The notes beneath the pieces are model-generated. The model saw only the letters and a program-made list of their open reading frames with translations. It did not search any database and was not told the origin of the DNA. The translations under genes and the position numbers were made by a program. Shown piece after piece: positions 20,527 to 28,722 of a stretch of DNA of 64,000 nt. The stretch is from positions 36,904 to 100,903 of the forward strand of contig JABIDK010000002.1 of assembly GCA_018651725.1 (NCBI GenBank). The letters run 5' to 3'. The DNA is from Candidatus Falkowbacteria bacterium (GTDB lineage: Bacteria > Patescibacteriota > Patescibacteriia > JAACEG01). Each line of letters begins with the position of its first letter. Within the stretch, counting starts at the first letter, position 1.

Positions 20527-20919
20527 CTACTCTGCCAGCTTCATTAAATTATTAATTGTGGCGTAGATTAGGGATATTATTGAAAATAGGAAAATAACAA
20601 TGTAGTTCCATTTAGCTTTACTTGATCGAAGTCCTTTTAAGATATAAAGCAAAGTGTCACGATCGCCTTGGTTTAGTTCTTTTTTATTGTAAATTTTATA
20701 GGCCAATCTTCTCTCTTCAATAATTTTCGCCCTACTACTTGCCACCCGATACCGATGAGCAAAATACCAAATAAATCCGAGAGTTCCGATATACCAAGCA
20801 ATTTCCACCCACAAACTACTATAATTATTTAGAACAACAATAACCCGATAGGAAAAGGTTGCAATTACTCCTACCCAAAATAATAATACACGATAATATT
20901 TTTTACTAAGTTTGGCCAT
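20527..20919 (-). CDS. Hypothetical membrane protein
   Basis: 130 aa, three hydrophobic segments. Confidence 0.65.
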   Translation of the reverse strand: MAKLSKKYYRVLLFWVGVIATFSYRVIVVLNNYSSLWVEIAWYIGTLGFIWYFAHRYRVASSRAKIIEERRLAYKIYNKKELNQGDRDTLLYILKGLRSSKAKWNYIVIFLFSIISLIYATINNLMKLAE

Positions 20920-20923
20920 AAAA

Positions 20924-21676
20924 TTAACTCACCTCCCCAACGGCTTTGCGGTAAGCGCAGTAGTCGCAGCTCCAGTGGGCGTTTGGAATTTTATCTTGTT
21001 CTAAGCACTCGCGTGTTTTTATTAATGTTTCTTCTATCCATTTATCATCCCCTTCATAAGGGATTAAAGTAATATCAAACTCCAATTTTCCGTCAAAAGC
21101 TTTTTTATCGGTAATGCCGTTACAATATACGAAATATCCTGTATCAGAAACTTTATGGTTATTTTTGCGAAGTAGCCACTGGTAAACTTCCATTTGTCTT
21201 TTATAACCAATCTGCCAACCTTTGTCCAGTTTCTCTATTTTTTCATTTTTGCTGGTTGCCTTATAATCAACCACCACAAGCTCTTTACTGGGCAACTGCC
21301 AAAGATCATCCACAGCTCCAAAAACCAAAAAATTTGTTGGCTCATGTAAGTACTGAACACCAACAAAGTTCTCTCGCCACTTATCCATATTCTCATGCAC
21401 AAAAGGCACGGCATCAACCCCGTAACTTTTCATCAAAGGATGGGCCGTTTTCTGAGCCCGATGAATATCAAATTCTTTTTTTAAAAGCGCATCCACAGCA
21501 GAGTTTAAAGCAAAAGGAAATCCCGGCGGCCTCCCAACCCCTAACCGACGATCCAAATAAAAACATCGCGGGCAATTCAAAAATAAATCAATCTTACTTC
21601 GACTCAATTTAAACATCTGCTCAGAGCCCGGAACAAACAAGTTCCGACTCCTTCTTGAATTATAGTACTTTGACAT
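20924..21676 (-). CDS. PD-(D/E)XK nuclease, Cas4/AddB-like
   Basis: LSRSKI..CPRC, GAVDD, VVDYKAT, QMEVY and CDYC motifs; start taken at MSKYY. Confidence 0.85.
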   Translation of the reverse strand: MSKYYNSRRSRNLFVPGSEQMFKLSRSKIDLFLNCPRCFYLDRRLGVGRPPGFPFALNSAVDALLKKEFDIHRAQKTAHPLMKSYGVDAVPFVHENMDKWRENFVGVQYLHEPTNFLVFGAVDDLWQLPSKELVVVDYKATSKNEKIEKLDKGWQIGYKRQMEVYQWLLRKNNHKVSDTGYFVYCNGITDKKAFDGKLEFDITLIPYEGDDKWIEETLIKTRECLEQDKIPNAHWSCDYCAYRKAVGEVS

Positions 21677-21677
21677 A

Positions 21678-22520
21678 TTAAATATTAAAAAATCTTTTTG
21701 CGTTTTCGGTTGTTGTTTTGACAATTTCTTCCACGCTTACCCCTCTTATTTCCGCAATTTTCTTAGCGATATATTTTACGTAAACCGGTTCGTTTCGCTC
21801 TCCTCTATGTGGTGGCGGAGTTAAGTATGGAGCATCGGTTTCTATCATAAATTTATCTGCTGGGATTTCTTTAATCCATTCAAAACCTTTAACAAAATTT
21901 ACTAAACCGGTAAAGGAAATTATAAATCCCAAATCAAAATACTTATTTGCTGTTTCAAGATTTTCGTTAAAGCAATGAATCACTCCGCGCGCTTTTGGAT
22001 AATCTGCTTTTAACTCTTGCAAAATTTTAAGTAAATCTTGATGAGCATCCCGACAGTGAACAATAATCGGTAAATCCAACTCTTGCGCCAATTTAAACTG
22101 TCTTATAAAAACTTGCTTTTGCTTTTCTTTTACTTTTTCAACCTCATCATCTGTTAATTCTTTTTTAGCCCTGTCACCAATATGAAAATAATCCAAACCA
22201 ACTTCACCGATAGCAGCCACTTTTTTACTTTTGGCTAAATCTTTGTAAGCATTATAATCAAATTTTTCCGCCCGAGATTCAAATTGAATCTCCTCTTCGT
22301 CCACGGTAAATTCCTCTAAATGAATTGGGTGAAGACCAATAGCCGCATAAACTCCTTCATTATATTTTTCCGCAATCTTAACGGCCCGAACAGAAGTGGT
22401 AAATTGAGAACCAACATTAATAAGCCAAGTATTATTATCCAAGGCTCGTTTAATAACCTCCTCGCTATCGTTACGATAAGCATTAAAATTGATATGACAA
22501 TGTGTATCAATTAATTTCAT
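21678..22520 (-). CDS. tatD: TatD-family DNase
   Basis: IDTHCH, GLHP, IGEVGLDY, HCRDA, HCF and ETDAPYL motifs. Confidence 0.96.
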   Translation of the reverse strand: MKLIDTHCHINFNAYRNDSEEVIKRALDNNTWLINVGSQFTTSVRAVKIAEKYNEGVYAAIGLHPIHLEEFTVDEEEIQFESRAEKFDYNAYKDLAKSKKVAAIGEVGLDYFHIGDRAKKELTDDEVEKVKEKQKQVFIRQFKLAQELDLPIIVHCRDAHQDLLKILQELKADYPKARGVIHCFNENLETANKYFDLGFIISFTGLVNFVKGFEWIKEIPADKFMIETDAPYLTPPPHRGERNEPVYVKYIAKKIAEIRGVSVEEIVKTTTENAKRFFNI

Positions 22521-23016
22521 AATGATTAGATGAGTTTGCGCAACATATCGCCACTGCCAAGGCATCGGCGGCGTCGTCTGGACGCGGAATTTCTTTTAAT
22601 TTTAAAAGCATTTTTACCATTTCTTGGACTTGTTTTTTTTCTGCTCGCCCATAAGAAGCAACGGCTTGTTTTATCTGTAATGGAGTATATTCTTCAATTG
22701 GTAGTCCGGCCTGAATTCCGGTTAGCATTATCACTCCCCTAGCTTGCCCCACTTCAATCGCAGTCTTAACGTTCTTAGAAAAAAACAACTCCTCCACAGC
22801 CATTTTATTTGGCTTGTATTCCTTTATTACTTCTTTCAACTCTCTATGAACCTGTGCTAACCTGGCGGGAAATGGCAATTTTGCCATAGTTGTAATCGCC
22901 CCATACTCAATCATCTTCAAATCTCCGTTCTTACTTTTCTCTACAATTCCATAACCAACAATCGCAAACCCGGGGTCGATGCCAAGAATAATTTCTTTTT
23001 CATTTTTAGAAATCAT
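22507..23016 (-). CDS. ruvC: Holliday junction resolvase RuvC
   Basis: ILGIDPG, GQARGV and DDAADALAVA motifs. Confidence 0.97.
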   Translation of the reverse strand: MISKNEKEIILGIDPGFAIVGYGIVEKSKNGDLKMIEYGAITTMAKLPFPARLAQVHRELKEVIKEYKPNKMAVEELFFSKNVKTAIEVGQARGVIMLTGIQAGLPIEEYTPLQIKQAVASYGRAEKKQVQEMVKMLLKLKEIPRPDDAADALAVAICCANSSNHYEIN

Positions 23017-23750
23017 AATTCAATATCAGCGTTCGTATAAAAATTATTTACATCGTCGTTATCGTCTAAAGCTTCAAATAATTTTTGGAATTTTTCTTTT
23101 TCTTTGTTGTCGGTTATTTCTTTTTCTTCTTTTGGAACGTATTCAAGCTCAGCATAATTTACAATGATATTTTTTTTATCCAATTCTTCTCTTGTTTTCT
23201 GAAAATTCTCTACTTTAGTATAAATTATTAAATCATTTTCTTCTATTATTATATCTTCTAAGCCAAAATCTATTAACTCCAACTCTAGCTCGTCCTTGTC
23301 TTTTATTTTGTTCTTATAGTCCTCAATTCGTATCACTCCTTTTCTTTCAAATTGCCACATAACACTGTTTGGTCCGCCTAAAGATCCGCCGGCCTTGGAA
23401 AAAATATGCCTAATTTCTGACACTGATCTATTTTTATTATCGGTCAAAGCCTCAACAACAAAAAAACTATTGCTCGGTCCAAAAGCTTCGTAAACTATCT
23501 CCTCAATTGTGTCTCCCTTAAGTTCTCCGGTTCCTTTTTTTATTGCTCTCTCAATATTATCCTTGGGCGTGTTAACTGATCGCGCTTTGTCGATCGCTAC
23601 TTTTAATTTAAAATTAGTATCCGGGTCTCCTCCGCCATCGCGAGCCGCTACGGTAATATTTTTCGCCATCTTAGTAAAAATAGCCCCCCGTTTCTGATCA
23701 GCTGCTCCTTTTTGCCTTTTAATTGTCGACCATTTACTGTGTCCGGACAT
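23013..23750 (-). CDS. yebC: YebC/PmpR-family protein
   Basis: MSGHSKWSTIKRQKG and LTDNKNR motifs. Confidence 0.97.
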   Translation of the reverse strand: MSGHSKWSTIKRQKGAADQKRGAIFTKMAKNITVAARDGGGDPDTNFKLKVAIDKARSVNTPKDNIERAIKKGTGELKGDTIEEIVYEAFGPSNSFFVVEALTDNKNRSVSEIRHIFSKAGGSLGGPNSVMWQFERKGVIRIEDYKNKIKDKDELELELIDFGLEDIIIEENDLIIYTKVENFQKTREELDKKNIIVNYAELEYVPKEEKEITDNKEKEKFQKLFEALDDNDDVNNFYTNADIEL

Positions 23751-23802
23751 AAATTATTTTAACATTTAAGCATATAAACATTTAAACAATTATTTATAAA
23801 AC

Positions 23803-25053
23803 TTACAGTTTAATTTTTACAAAGTGACGCTTTCCTTTTTGTAGGATTTTCCACCCTTTATCTACTGATACATTTTCTGTAACATTTTTTATAATCTTTT
23901 TATTAAATTTAACTCCGCCCTGCTCTACAACTCTTCTTGCTTCACTTTTGGAAGAACATAATTTTGTTTTTACTAATAAATCTAAAATATTTACTGAATA
24001 CTCCTCTCTTTCCACTAGTTCTTTTTTATCATTTTTTAATTTCAATTTTAACCATTTTTTATCTATTTTTTCTTCTTTAATATCTTTTGGAACTCCTTTG
24101 TCTTGAAAAACCTTTTTAAAGTTTTCTTCCGCGTTTAAAGCATCTTTTTCACTGTGATACATTGTGATAATTTCTCTTGCTAAACGCATTTTCAAATCTC
24201 TTGGATTGAGCTTGTTAGCTTTTAAATCTTTTTTTATTTTTTGAATTTCTTGCATTTCCATGTCTGTTGCCAGTTCAAAATACTTTAACACTCCTTCGTC
24301 CCGCATAGACATAATCTTGCCATATATATCGTTTGGCTCATCTTCAATTAAAATAACATTCCCCCAGCTGGTGCTCATTTTCCGCCCGTCTGTTCCGTCC
24401 ATGAGTTCGTAAGTAATAACATCCTGCGGTTTTTGATTGTAAGCTTTTTGCAAAGTTCGACCTGCTAACATATTAAACAACTGGTCACTGCCACCGATTT
24501 CAATATCAGCTTTAATTGCCACACTATCATAGCCTTGCATTAATGGATAAAACAACTCTCGCAGAGATATTCTTGTTCCTTCTTTATATCGTTTGGAAAA
24601 ATTTTCTCTGTCCAAAATTTGTGCCACAGAAAAATTATCAGCTTGGCGACAAATATCAAAATAATCCAACTTCCCCAACCATTCGCTATTATAATGCACT
24701 TCTGCTTTTTTAATATCAATAACTTGACCTATCTGTGGAAGATAATTTTCCATATTCTTTTTAATATCATCGTAAGTCAACATTGGTCGTTCGTTGGTTT
24801 TATCGGATGCATCCCCGATTTGAGCGGTAAAATCACCTACAATCAAAACTATTTGATGCCCCAATTCCTGAAATTTAGCCAATTTCCTCATAGTTGAAGC
24901 CCGTCCCAAATGAATCTTCGGCCCGGTTGGGTCAACCCCATATTTAATTCGCAATTTTTTACCTGATTTTAATTTTTCTTCTAAGTCCTTTTTCACAATT
25001 AAATCAACTGTCCCCCGAGTTAAAAGTTCCTGTATTTTTTGTTCTTTTGTCAT
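23803..25053 (-). CDS. tyrS: Tyrosine-tRNA ligase
   Basis: GVDPTG..HLGR, YPLMQGYD, GGSDQ, KMSTS and a C-terminal S4 domain. Confidence 0.97.
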   Translation of the reverse strand: MTKEQKIQELLTRGTVDLIVKKDLEEKLKSGKKLRIKYGVDPTGPKIHLGRASTMRKLAKFQELGHQIVLIVGDFTAQIGDASDKTNERPMLTYDDIKKNMENYLPQIGQVIDIKKAEVHYNSEWLGKLDYFDICRQADNFSVAQILDRENFSKRYKEGTRISLRELFYPLMQGYDSVAIKADIEIGGSDQLFNMLAGRTLQKAYNQKPQDVITYELMDGTDGRKMSTSWGNVILIEDEPNDIYGKIMSMRDEGVLKYFELATDMEMQEIQKIKKDLKANKLNPRDLKMRLAREIITMYHSEKDALNAEENFKKVFQDKGVPKDIKEEKIDKKWLKLKLKNDKKELVEREEYSVNILDLLVKTKLCSSKSEARRVVEQGGVKFNKKIIKNVTENVSVDKGWKILQKGKRHFVKIKL

Positions 25054-25172
25054 AAAAAATAGCGACCCGAATTATCCAAATTAACCATCCGAATGACCCG
25101 AATATTTATAAATTTAAATTATTTTAATAATAACAAAACAATGTCGAAAAAGCAAATTTAAGGCCAAAAAAC

Positions 25173-25200
25173 TTGACAAAAAAGATAAAAAGCTTATATT
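25173..25200 (+). promoter_or_regulatory. Sigma-70 promoter for the structured intergenic unit
   Basis: TTGACA-N16-TATATT. Confidence 0.65.
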
Positions 25201-25206
25201 TAAGAC

Positions 25207-25620
25207 TAAACGCTGTACATTTTCATCTAACCAGCGAGGAAAACCTCGCCAACCGTGGGAAAACCCACGAAAGGAGTCGCCTATGATAGGCAACTTGAAT
25301 GTAATGTTTTTTTCTTCTTCCGTTATGGCCGCTCATAATGACGCTAAATCAGACGCGCAGAGCGCCACTTCCCCCCATCTGATTAAGATGACCTAATCCA
25401 TCCCGAGACTTCTTAAGAAGGAGGATAGCAATTGTACACAAAGTACAGACTGGGCACGACCGAGGTTCGTGTATCCAGCCTAAGGAAAAGGCAGTGAGCC
25501 AGATAGGCTATGCCCCGGTTACTGTTTATGTAGTAGCCGAAACATGGCAACGTTGAAAAGGCCACCAATCCCACATACTCCCGAGGAGAGATAAAACTAT
25601 CTCCTCGGGTTCTTTTTTTT
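25207..25620 (+). ncRNA. Putative large structured RNA of unknown family (~410 nt), possibly carrying small ORFs
   Basis: GC-enriched island with more than 10 hairpins, bounded by a promoter and an intrinsic terminator; no long sense ORF. Confidence 0.6.
25580..25620 (+). terminator. Intrinsic terminator
   Basis: CCCGAGGAGA...TCTCCTCGGG followed by TTCTTTTTTTT. Confidence 0.85.
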
Positions 25621-25671
25621 ATAAAATAAACCCCAAATAACCAATAACAAATACCCAATCACAATTTTCAT

Positions 25672-25700
25672 TTGACACTAAAAGTAAAATTTGCTATAGT
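25672..25700 (+). promoter_or_regulatory. Sigma-70 promoter of nusA
   Basis: TTGACA-N17-TATAGT with extended -10 TG. Confidence 0.75.
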
Positions 25701-25765
25701 AAAAATACTAAATAAGTAGCCTAAAAAGCTACTTATTCTTTTTACTAAATTAAATAAACAAAACT

Positions 25766-27154
25766 ATGTTAGACCAAAAACAATTCTCTTTAGCTTTGAA
25801 ACAAATTTGTGAAGAAAAAGGAATTTCTGAAAAACAAGTTCTTGAAACTATTGAGTCAGCTCTTGCGGCTGCTTATCGCAAGGACTATGGTAATAAACTG
25901 CAAAATATTAAGGTTGAATTTAGCCCTGAAGATGGTAGTACTAAAATATATGATATAAAAACAGTTGTTGAGGATATGCCGGAGGAAGAAGAGATTGAAG
26001 AATCTCAAGATCAAAAAGAAGATAAGCAAGGAAAAGATAACAAAGCTAAAGAAAAAACAAAAAAAGATGAAACCTCCTCTGCTGAAGCCATGGCAGACGA
26101 GGAAGAAATTAGAAAGTTTAATCCTAAAACTGAGATTCAACTTACAGATGCCAAGGAAATAAAGAAAAAATATAAAATCGGCGATGAAATAATTACTAAG
26201 CTGGAAAAACCGGAAGGATATGGCCGAATGGCTGCTCAAACCGCCAAGCAAGTAATTATTCAAAAACTACGCGAAGCGGAAAGACATACTTTGTACGAAG
26301 AAATGAAAGACCAAGCAGGTAAAGTTATAAACGGCGTTATTGAACGATACGATCGCCGTTTTGTTAGTATTAGCATTGGACGGGCTACAGCTTTTTTACC
26401 GCCCGAAGAACAAATCAGAGGTGAAATGTATAACGTTGGCGCGCAAATGAAGTTTTATATTGTGTCTGTAGAAGAAAACGCTAAAGGTCCAAGAATTATA
26501 GTTTCTCGTAGGAATGAAGAGATATTAAAAGAACTTTTCTATCTGGAAATCCCGGAGATCTCAAGCGGGGTTGTAGAAATCAAGGCTATTGCCAGAGAAG
26601 CCGGGGAAAGGTCAAAAGTTGCAGTATCTACCGACGACAGCTCAATTGATCCGATTGGATCTTGTATTGGCCAACGCGGAAACAGAATCCAAACAATTAT
26701 TAATGAATTAAACGGTGAAAAAATAGATATTATAGAGCACAGCGATGATGTAGAGCGGTTTATTCAAAATTCTCTTTCACCAGCCAAAATTACCTCTGCA
26801 AAAATTAACGAAAAAGAAAATCAAGCTATTGTTCAAGTAAAGTCAGACCAATTCTCTCTAGCAATCGGTAAAGGCGGGCAAAATGTAAGACTAGCCACAA
26901 AACTAACCAACTGGAAAATTGATATCGAGGAGATAACAGAAAAAGGAAAAAAAGAAGAAAACAACAAAATAGAAAAACAAGACGATGACGAGAAGGAAGA
27001 AGAGGGAAAAGAGAAAAAACCTAAAGAAGAGAAAAAAGAAAAAAAAGATGGGAAAAAACCTAAAGACAAGAAAGACGATAAAAAAAAAGATGGGGATAAA
27101 AAAGAGAAGAAGGCAGAAAAGAAAAAAGACAAAGTAAAAAAAGACAAAAAATAA
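25766..27154 (+). CDS. nusA: Transcription termination/antitermination factor NusA
   Basis: GRMAAQTAKQVIIQ, AREAGERSKVAV and AIGKGGQNVRLA motifs. Confidence 0.98.
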   Translation: MLDQKQFSLALKQICEEKGISEKQVLETIESALAAAYRKDYGNKLQNIKVEFSPEDGSTKIYDIKTVVEDMPEEEEIEESQDQKEDKQGKDNKAKEKTKKDETSSAEAMADEEEIRKFNPKTEIQLTDAKEIKKKYKIGDEIITKLEKPEGYGRMAAQTAKQVIIQKLREAERHTLYEEMKDQAGKVINGVIERYDRRFVSISIGRATAFLPPEEQIRGEMYNVGAQMKFYIVSVEENAKGPRIIVSRRNEEILKELFYLEIPEISSGVVEIKAIAREAGERSKVAVSTDDSSIDPIGSCIGQRGNRIQTIINELNGEKIDIIEHSDDVERFIQNSLSPAKITSAKINEKENQAIVQVKSDQFSLAIGKGGQNVRLATKLTNWKIDIEEITEKGKKEENNKIEKQDDDEKEEEGKEKKPKEEKKEKKDGKKPKDKKDDKKKDGDKKEKKAEKKKDKVKKDKK

Positions 27155-27224
27155 TATAAATAACTACAACATCTAAACGTTAATCCGCTGGCTGGCGGAG
27201 CTTAAATGTTAAAACAATTACCCT

Positions 27225-28508
27225 ATGACTATCACAACAAAAAAACTACCAAAAAATCAAGCTGAGCTTACTATCGAAGTTGAGTACGATAAAATTATTC
27301 CATTTTTAGAAAAAGCCGCTCCTCGCTTGAGCGAAAAACAAAAAATCGACGGTTTTAGACCGGGAAAAGCTCCTTACGATGTAATCAAACAAAAGTTCGG
27401 TGAAGCCGCTATCTTGAATGAAGCCTTAGACGATATAATCAGAAAACATTATATTGATGCTGTAGCCAAAGAAAAACTAGAACCGATTGATATGCCAAAA
27501 GTTGATGTTGTAAAAATAGCTCCTGGGAATCCGCTTGTCTTTAAGGCAACCATTTCTCTTTTGCCACACATTAAACTCTGTGACATAAAAAAAATAAAAG
27601 TTAATAAAAAAGAAGTAAAGGTTGATGAAAAAAAAGTAGACACAGCTATTAAACACATAGCTGAAAGTCGCGGTAAAGAGAAGTTGGTTGACAAAAAAGC
27701 TGGAAAAAGTGACATTCTTGAAGTTGATATGGACATCCTTCAAAACAATGTTTCAATAGAAGGTGGTCTTGCCAAAGGACATAAAATAATAATGGGAGAA
27801 CCTCACTATATTCCCGGATTTGAAGAAAAATTAAAAGATACAAAAGCCGGAGATAAGAAAGAATTTGAAGTAACTTTTCCAAAAGACCACTACAATAAAA
27901 ACTTAGCCGGTAAACCAGTTGTCTGCAAAGTTGAAGTAAAAGGAGTTTACGAAAGAGAGATTCCAAAAATAGACGATGAGTTTGCCAAATCTTTAGGAAA
28001 ATTTAAAAATTTAAAAGAACTAAAAGACCAAGTAAAAGATAATATTGAAAAAGAAGATAAAGTGAAAGAAGAACAACGTCAAGAGTTGGAGATGCTTGAA
28101 AACCTTGTAAAAGAGTCAGAATTTGATGAAATACCGGAGGTATTACTTAAAGAAGAAACAAGAAAAATGATCGAGGAATTAAAAGCAAACCTAGCTCAAC
28201 AAGGAGTTAAACTTGAAGACTATTTAATTCATCTTAAAAAATCAACCGAAGAACTTCAAAAAGACTTTTTACCTCAATCAGAGAAAAGGGTTAAAACCGG
28301 ATTATTAATCCGTGAGTATGTTAATAAGAATAAAATAGAGACCACCGAAGAAGATGTTGAGAAAGAAATAGAAAAAATGCTGGCACACTATCCCAAAGAA
28401 GAAGAAACCCAAAAGCAAATAAAGTCAGAAGAGCACAAAAACTACTTAAAAACAATCTTAGTCAACCGTAAGGCGATTAAAAGGTTGAAAAAAGAAATAA
28501 TTAAATAA
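27225..28508 (+). CDS. tig: Trigger factor
   Basis: GFRPGKAP ribosome-binding motif; FKBP domain IPGFEE. Confidence 0.97.
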   Translation: MTITTKKLPKNQAELTIEVEYDKIIPFLEKAAPRLSEKQKIDGFRPGKAPYDVIKQKFGEAAILNEALDDIIRKHYIDAVAKEKLEPIDMPKVDVVKIAPGNPLVFKATISLLPHIKLCDIKKIKVNKKEVKVDEKKVDTAIKHIAESRGKEKLVDKKAGKSDILEVDMDILQNNVSIEGGLAKGHKIIMGEPHYIPGFEEKLKDTKAGDKKEFEVTFPKDHYNKNLAGKPVVCKVEVKGVYEREIPKIDDEFAKSLGKFKNLKELKDQVKDNIEKEDKVKEEQRQELEMLENLVKESEFDEIPEVLLKEETRKMIEELKANLAQQGVKLEDYLIHLKKSTEELQKDFLPQSEKRVKTGLLIREYVNKNKIETTEEDVEKEIEKMLAHYPKEEETQKQIKSEEHKNYLKTILVNRKAIKRLKKEIIK

Positions 28509-28533
28509 AAAAACACATTAAAATTTTTTGCTA

Positions 28534-28561
28534 TTGACAAAGTTTTTTAATGTGGTATGAT
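28534..28561 (+). promoter_or_regulatory. Sigma-70 promoter with no downstream protein gene
   Basis: TTGACA-N16-TATGAT with extended -10 TG. Confidence 0.65.
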
Positions 28562-28567
28562 GAAATA

Positions 28568-28722
28568 TCCTAAAAGAGAGCAATAAAAACAACAATTTTA
28601 AACCTGTTTTTGAATCTGCAGACACGACAAGCATGGAAATTTTTCAAAAGGATTTTTTGGCCTTTGGCTAAAAAACTCCTCTTGTTGATTTCTAGTCTGC
28701 AGTTTCAAGAGCAGGTTTTTTT
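28568..28722 (+). ncRNA. Putative rod-shaped small RNA (~150 nt)
   Basis: Long irregular hairpin 28600-28718 ending in a U tract, downstream of an orphan promoter. Confidence 0.5.

Noticed and set aside
20924-21676. CRISPR-Cas system suggested by the Cas4-like gene
   Set aside because: No repeat-spacer array or other cas genes were seen in the window.
19260-22565. Extended N-termini in the ORF track for atpB, atpI, the nuclease and tatD (also the GT2 at 13035 and galU at 38758)
   Set aside because: The extensions overlap upstream genes or repeat tracts; downstream ATGs match the family N-termini.
25207-25620. tmRNA, RNase P RNA, SRP RNA or tyrS T-box identity for the structured region
   Set aside because: CCACCA (25562-25567) and GGTTCG are present but do not form a T-arm/acceptor stem. 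There is no GAGGAAAGUCC P4 motif, no SRP helix-8 motif, and no minus-strand T-box UGGNACC; promoter and terminator face away from tyrS.
25413-25658. 81-aa minus-strand ORF
   Set aside because: It runs antisense through the terminator and hairpins, has no recognisable motif and is likely spurious.
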